Below are positions 63,439 to 64,000 of a stretch of 64,000 nucleotides of DNA, in pieces (the first letter of the stretch is position 1; each line of letters begins with the position of its first letter). The position numbers were made by a program, and so were the translations under genes. This stretch comes from Eledone cirrhosa. Lineage: Eukaryota. The stretch covers positions 18,166,001-18,230,000 of the forward strand of contig OZ024754.1 in NCBI GenBank assembly GCA_964016885.1, written 5' to 3'. The notes beneath the pieces were generated by a model. That model was not told where the DNA came from. It worked only from the letters and a program-made list of their open reading frames with translations, and did not search any database.

Positions 63439-64000
63439 ATGGGTAGCACCCCATTGCCAGCGTTTGCCGGCGATGTCAATGTTTGGTTCGCACAGATAGA
63501 GTCGCACTTTACTGCGAACAACATTACGTCTGAAGTCAGACAACTGCACATGCTTTTGAGTGCTTTCCCGGCATCATTGACGACGGTTGTTAAAGATCTA
63601 ATAACTGATCCTGCCCCTGGAGCCTCCTATGAGAGCGTAAAACGCGAGGTTTGTGGCGGACCACGTTGTCCGCGGCAAAGAAATTCCAGACACTCGTCAA
63701 TGACGAACATTTGGGTGATCGGACGCCTACACAGCTTCTGCGTCGCATGAGAGAGCTGGCAGAAGACGCCCCGGCTGACAGCGCCCTCCTTAGACAGCTT
63801 TTCTTTTTAAGGCTGCTGCCCGGTGTTCAGGCGATTTTAGTGCCTATGATGGAGACTACCAGTCGAGCAGCTAGCAGCTTCAGCCGACAAAATTATAAGT
63901 TTCACTGGAAACCCTGCCTCCTATGTTGCACCTCAGCCACCGGTTGCGGTCTCTTCATTCTCTCCTGCCTCCTTCATTGCACCTCAGCCACCGGTTGTGG
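63439..64000 (+). pseudogene. gag: Frameshifted Ty3/Gypsy gag (DUF7041-type N-terminus), running off the window end
   Basis: Frame 1 gives LPAF..WFAQIESHF..NITSE..VKDLITDP..YESVKREV. After a shift at ~63650 it continues LWRTTLSAAKKFQTLVNDEHLGDRTPTQLLRRMRELAE..LLRQLFFLRL..VQAIL. After a second shift at ~63860 it reads VEQLAASADKI. These match motifs typical of this Gag family (WFxQxE, LGDRxPxQxLRxM, LAxxADKI). Confidence 0.88.
63913..64000 (+). repeat. 51-bp (17-codon) direct repeat in gag encoding PAS(Y/F)(V/I)APQPPV
   Basis: cctgcctcc...gcacctcagccaccggttg at 63913 and 63964. Confidence 0.8.

Noticed and set aside
62830-63499. ORFs 62830-63141 (-) and 63248-63499 (+)
   Set aside because: They overlap the putative LTR and the gag leader, including homopolymer runs, and show no protein-like motifs.

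Overview
Eukaryotic, repeat-dominated DNA. It is probably from a cephalopod (Octopus-like), judging from remembered SINE/MITE motifs; this was not verified by search. Bases 1-~57,900 are one strand-asymmetric tandem array of a 25-bp unit (GGTATAGAGAT-GGTAGAGAGCT-GTT, about 2,300 units), built from two related 11-mers plus a variable triplet. The array has nested higher-order duplications (about 3.2 kb, 7,815 bp, about 7.5 kb, 1,550 bp and a recurrent ~1.8-2.1 kb module) and two variant domains. All long minus-strand ORFs over the array are artefacts of the repeat. The last ~6 kb is AT-rich intron/intergenic-like sequence. It holds a candidate 55-bp exon next to the array, microsatellites, several tRNA-derived SINE copies, a 48-bp and a 37-bp minisatellite, and the 5' end of a Ty3/Gypsy LTR retrotransposon (LTR, PBS, frameshifted gag) inserted into the 37-bp minisatellite. 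I found no intact protein-coding gene, CRISPR array or clearly novel gene system; the interest lies in repeat architecture and evolution.
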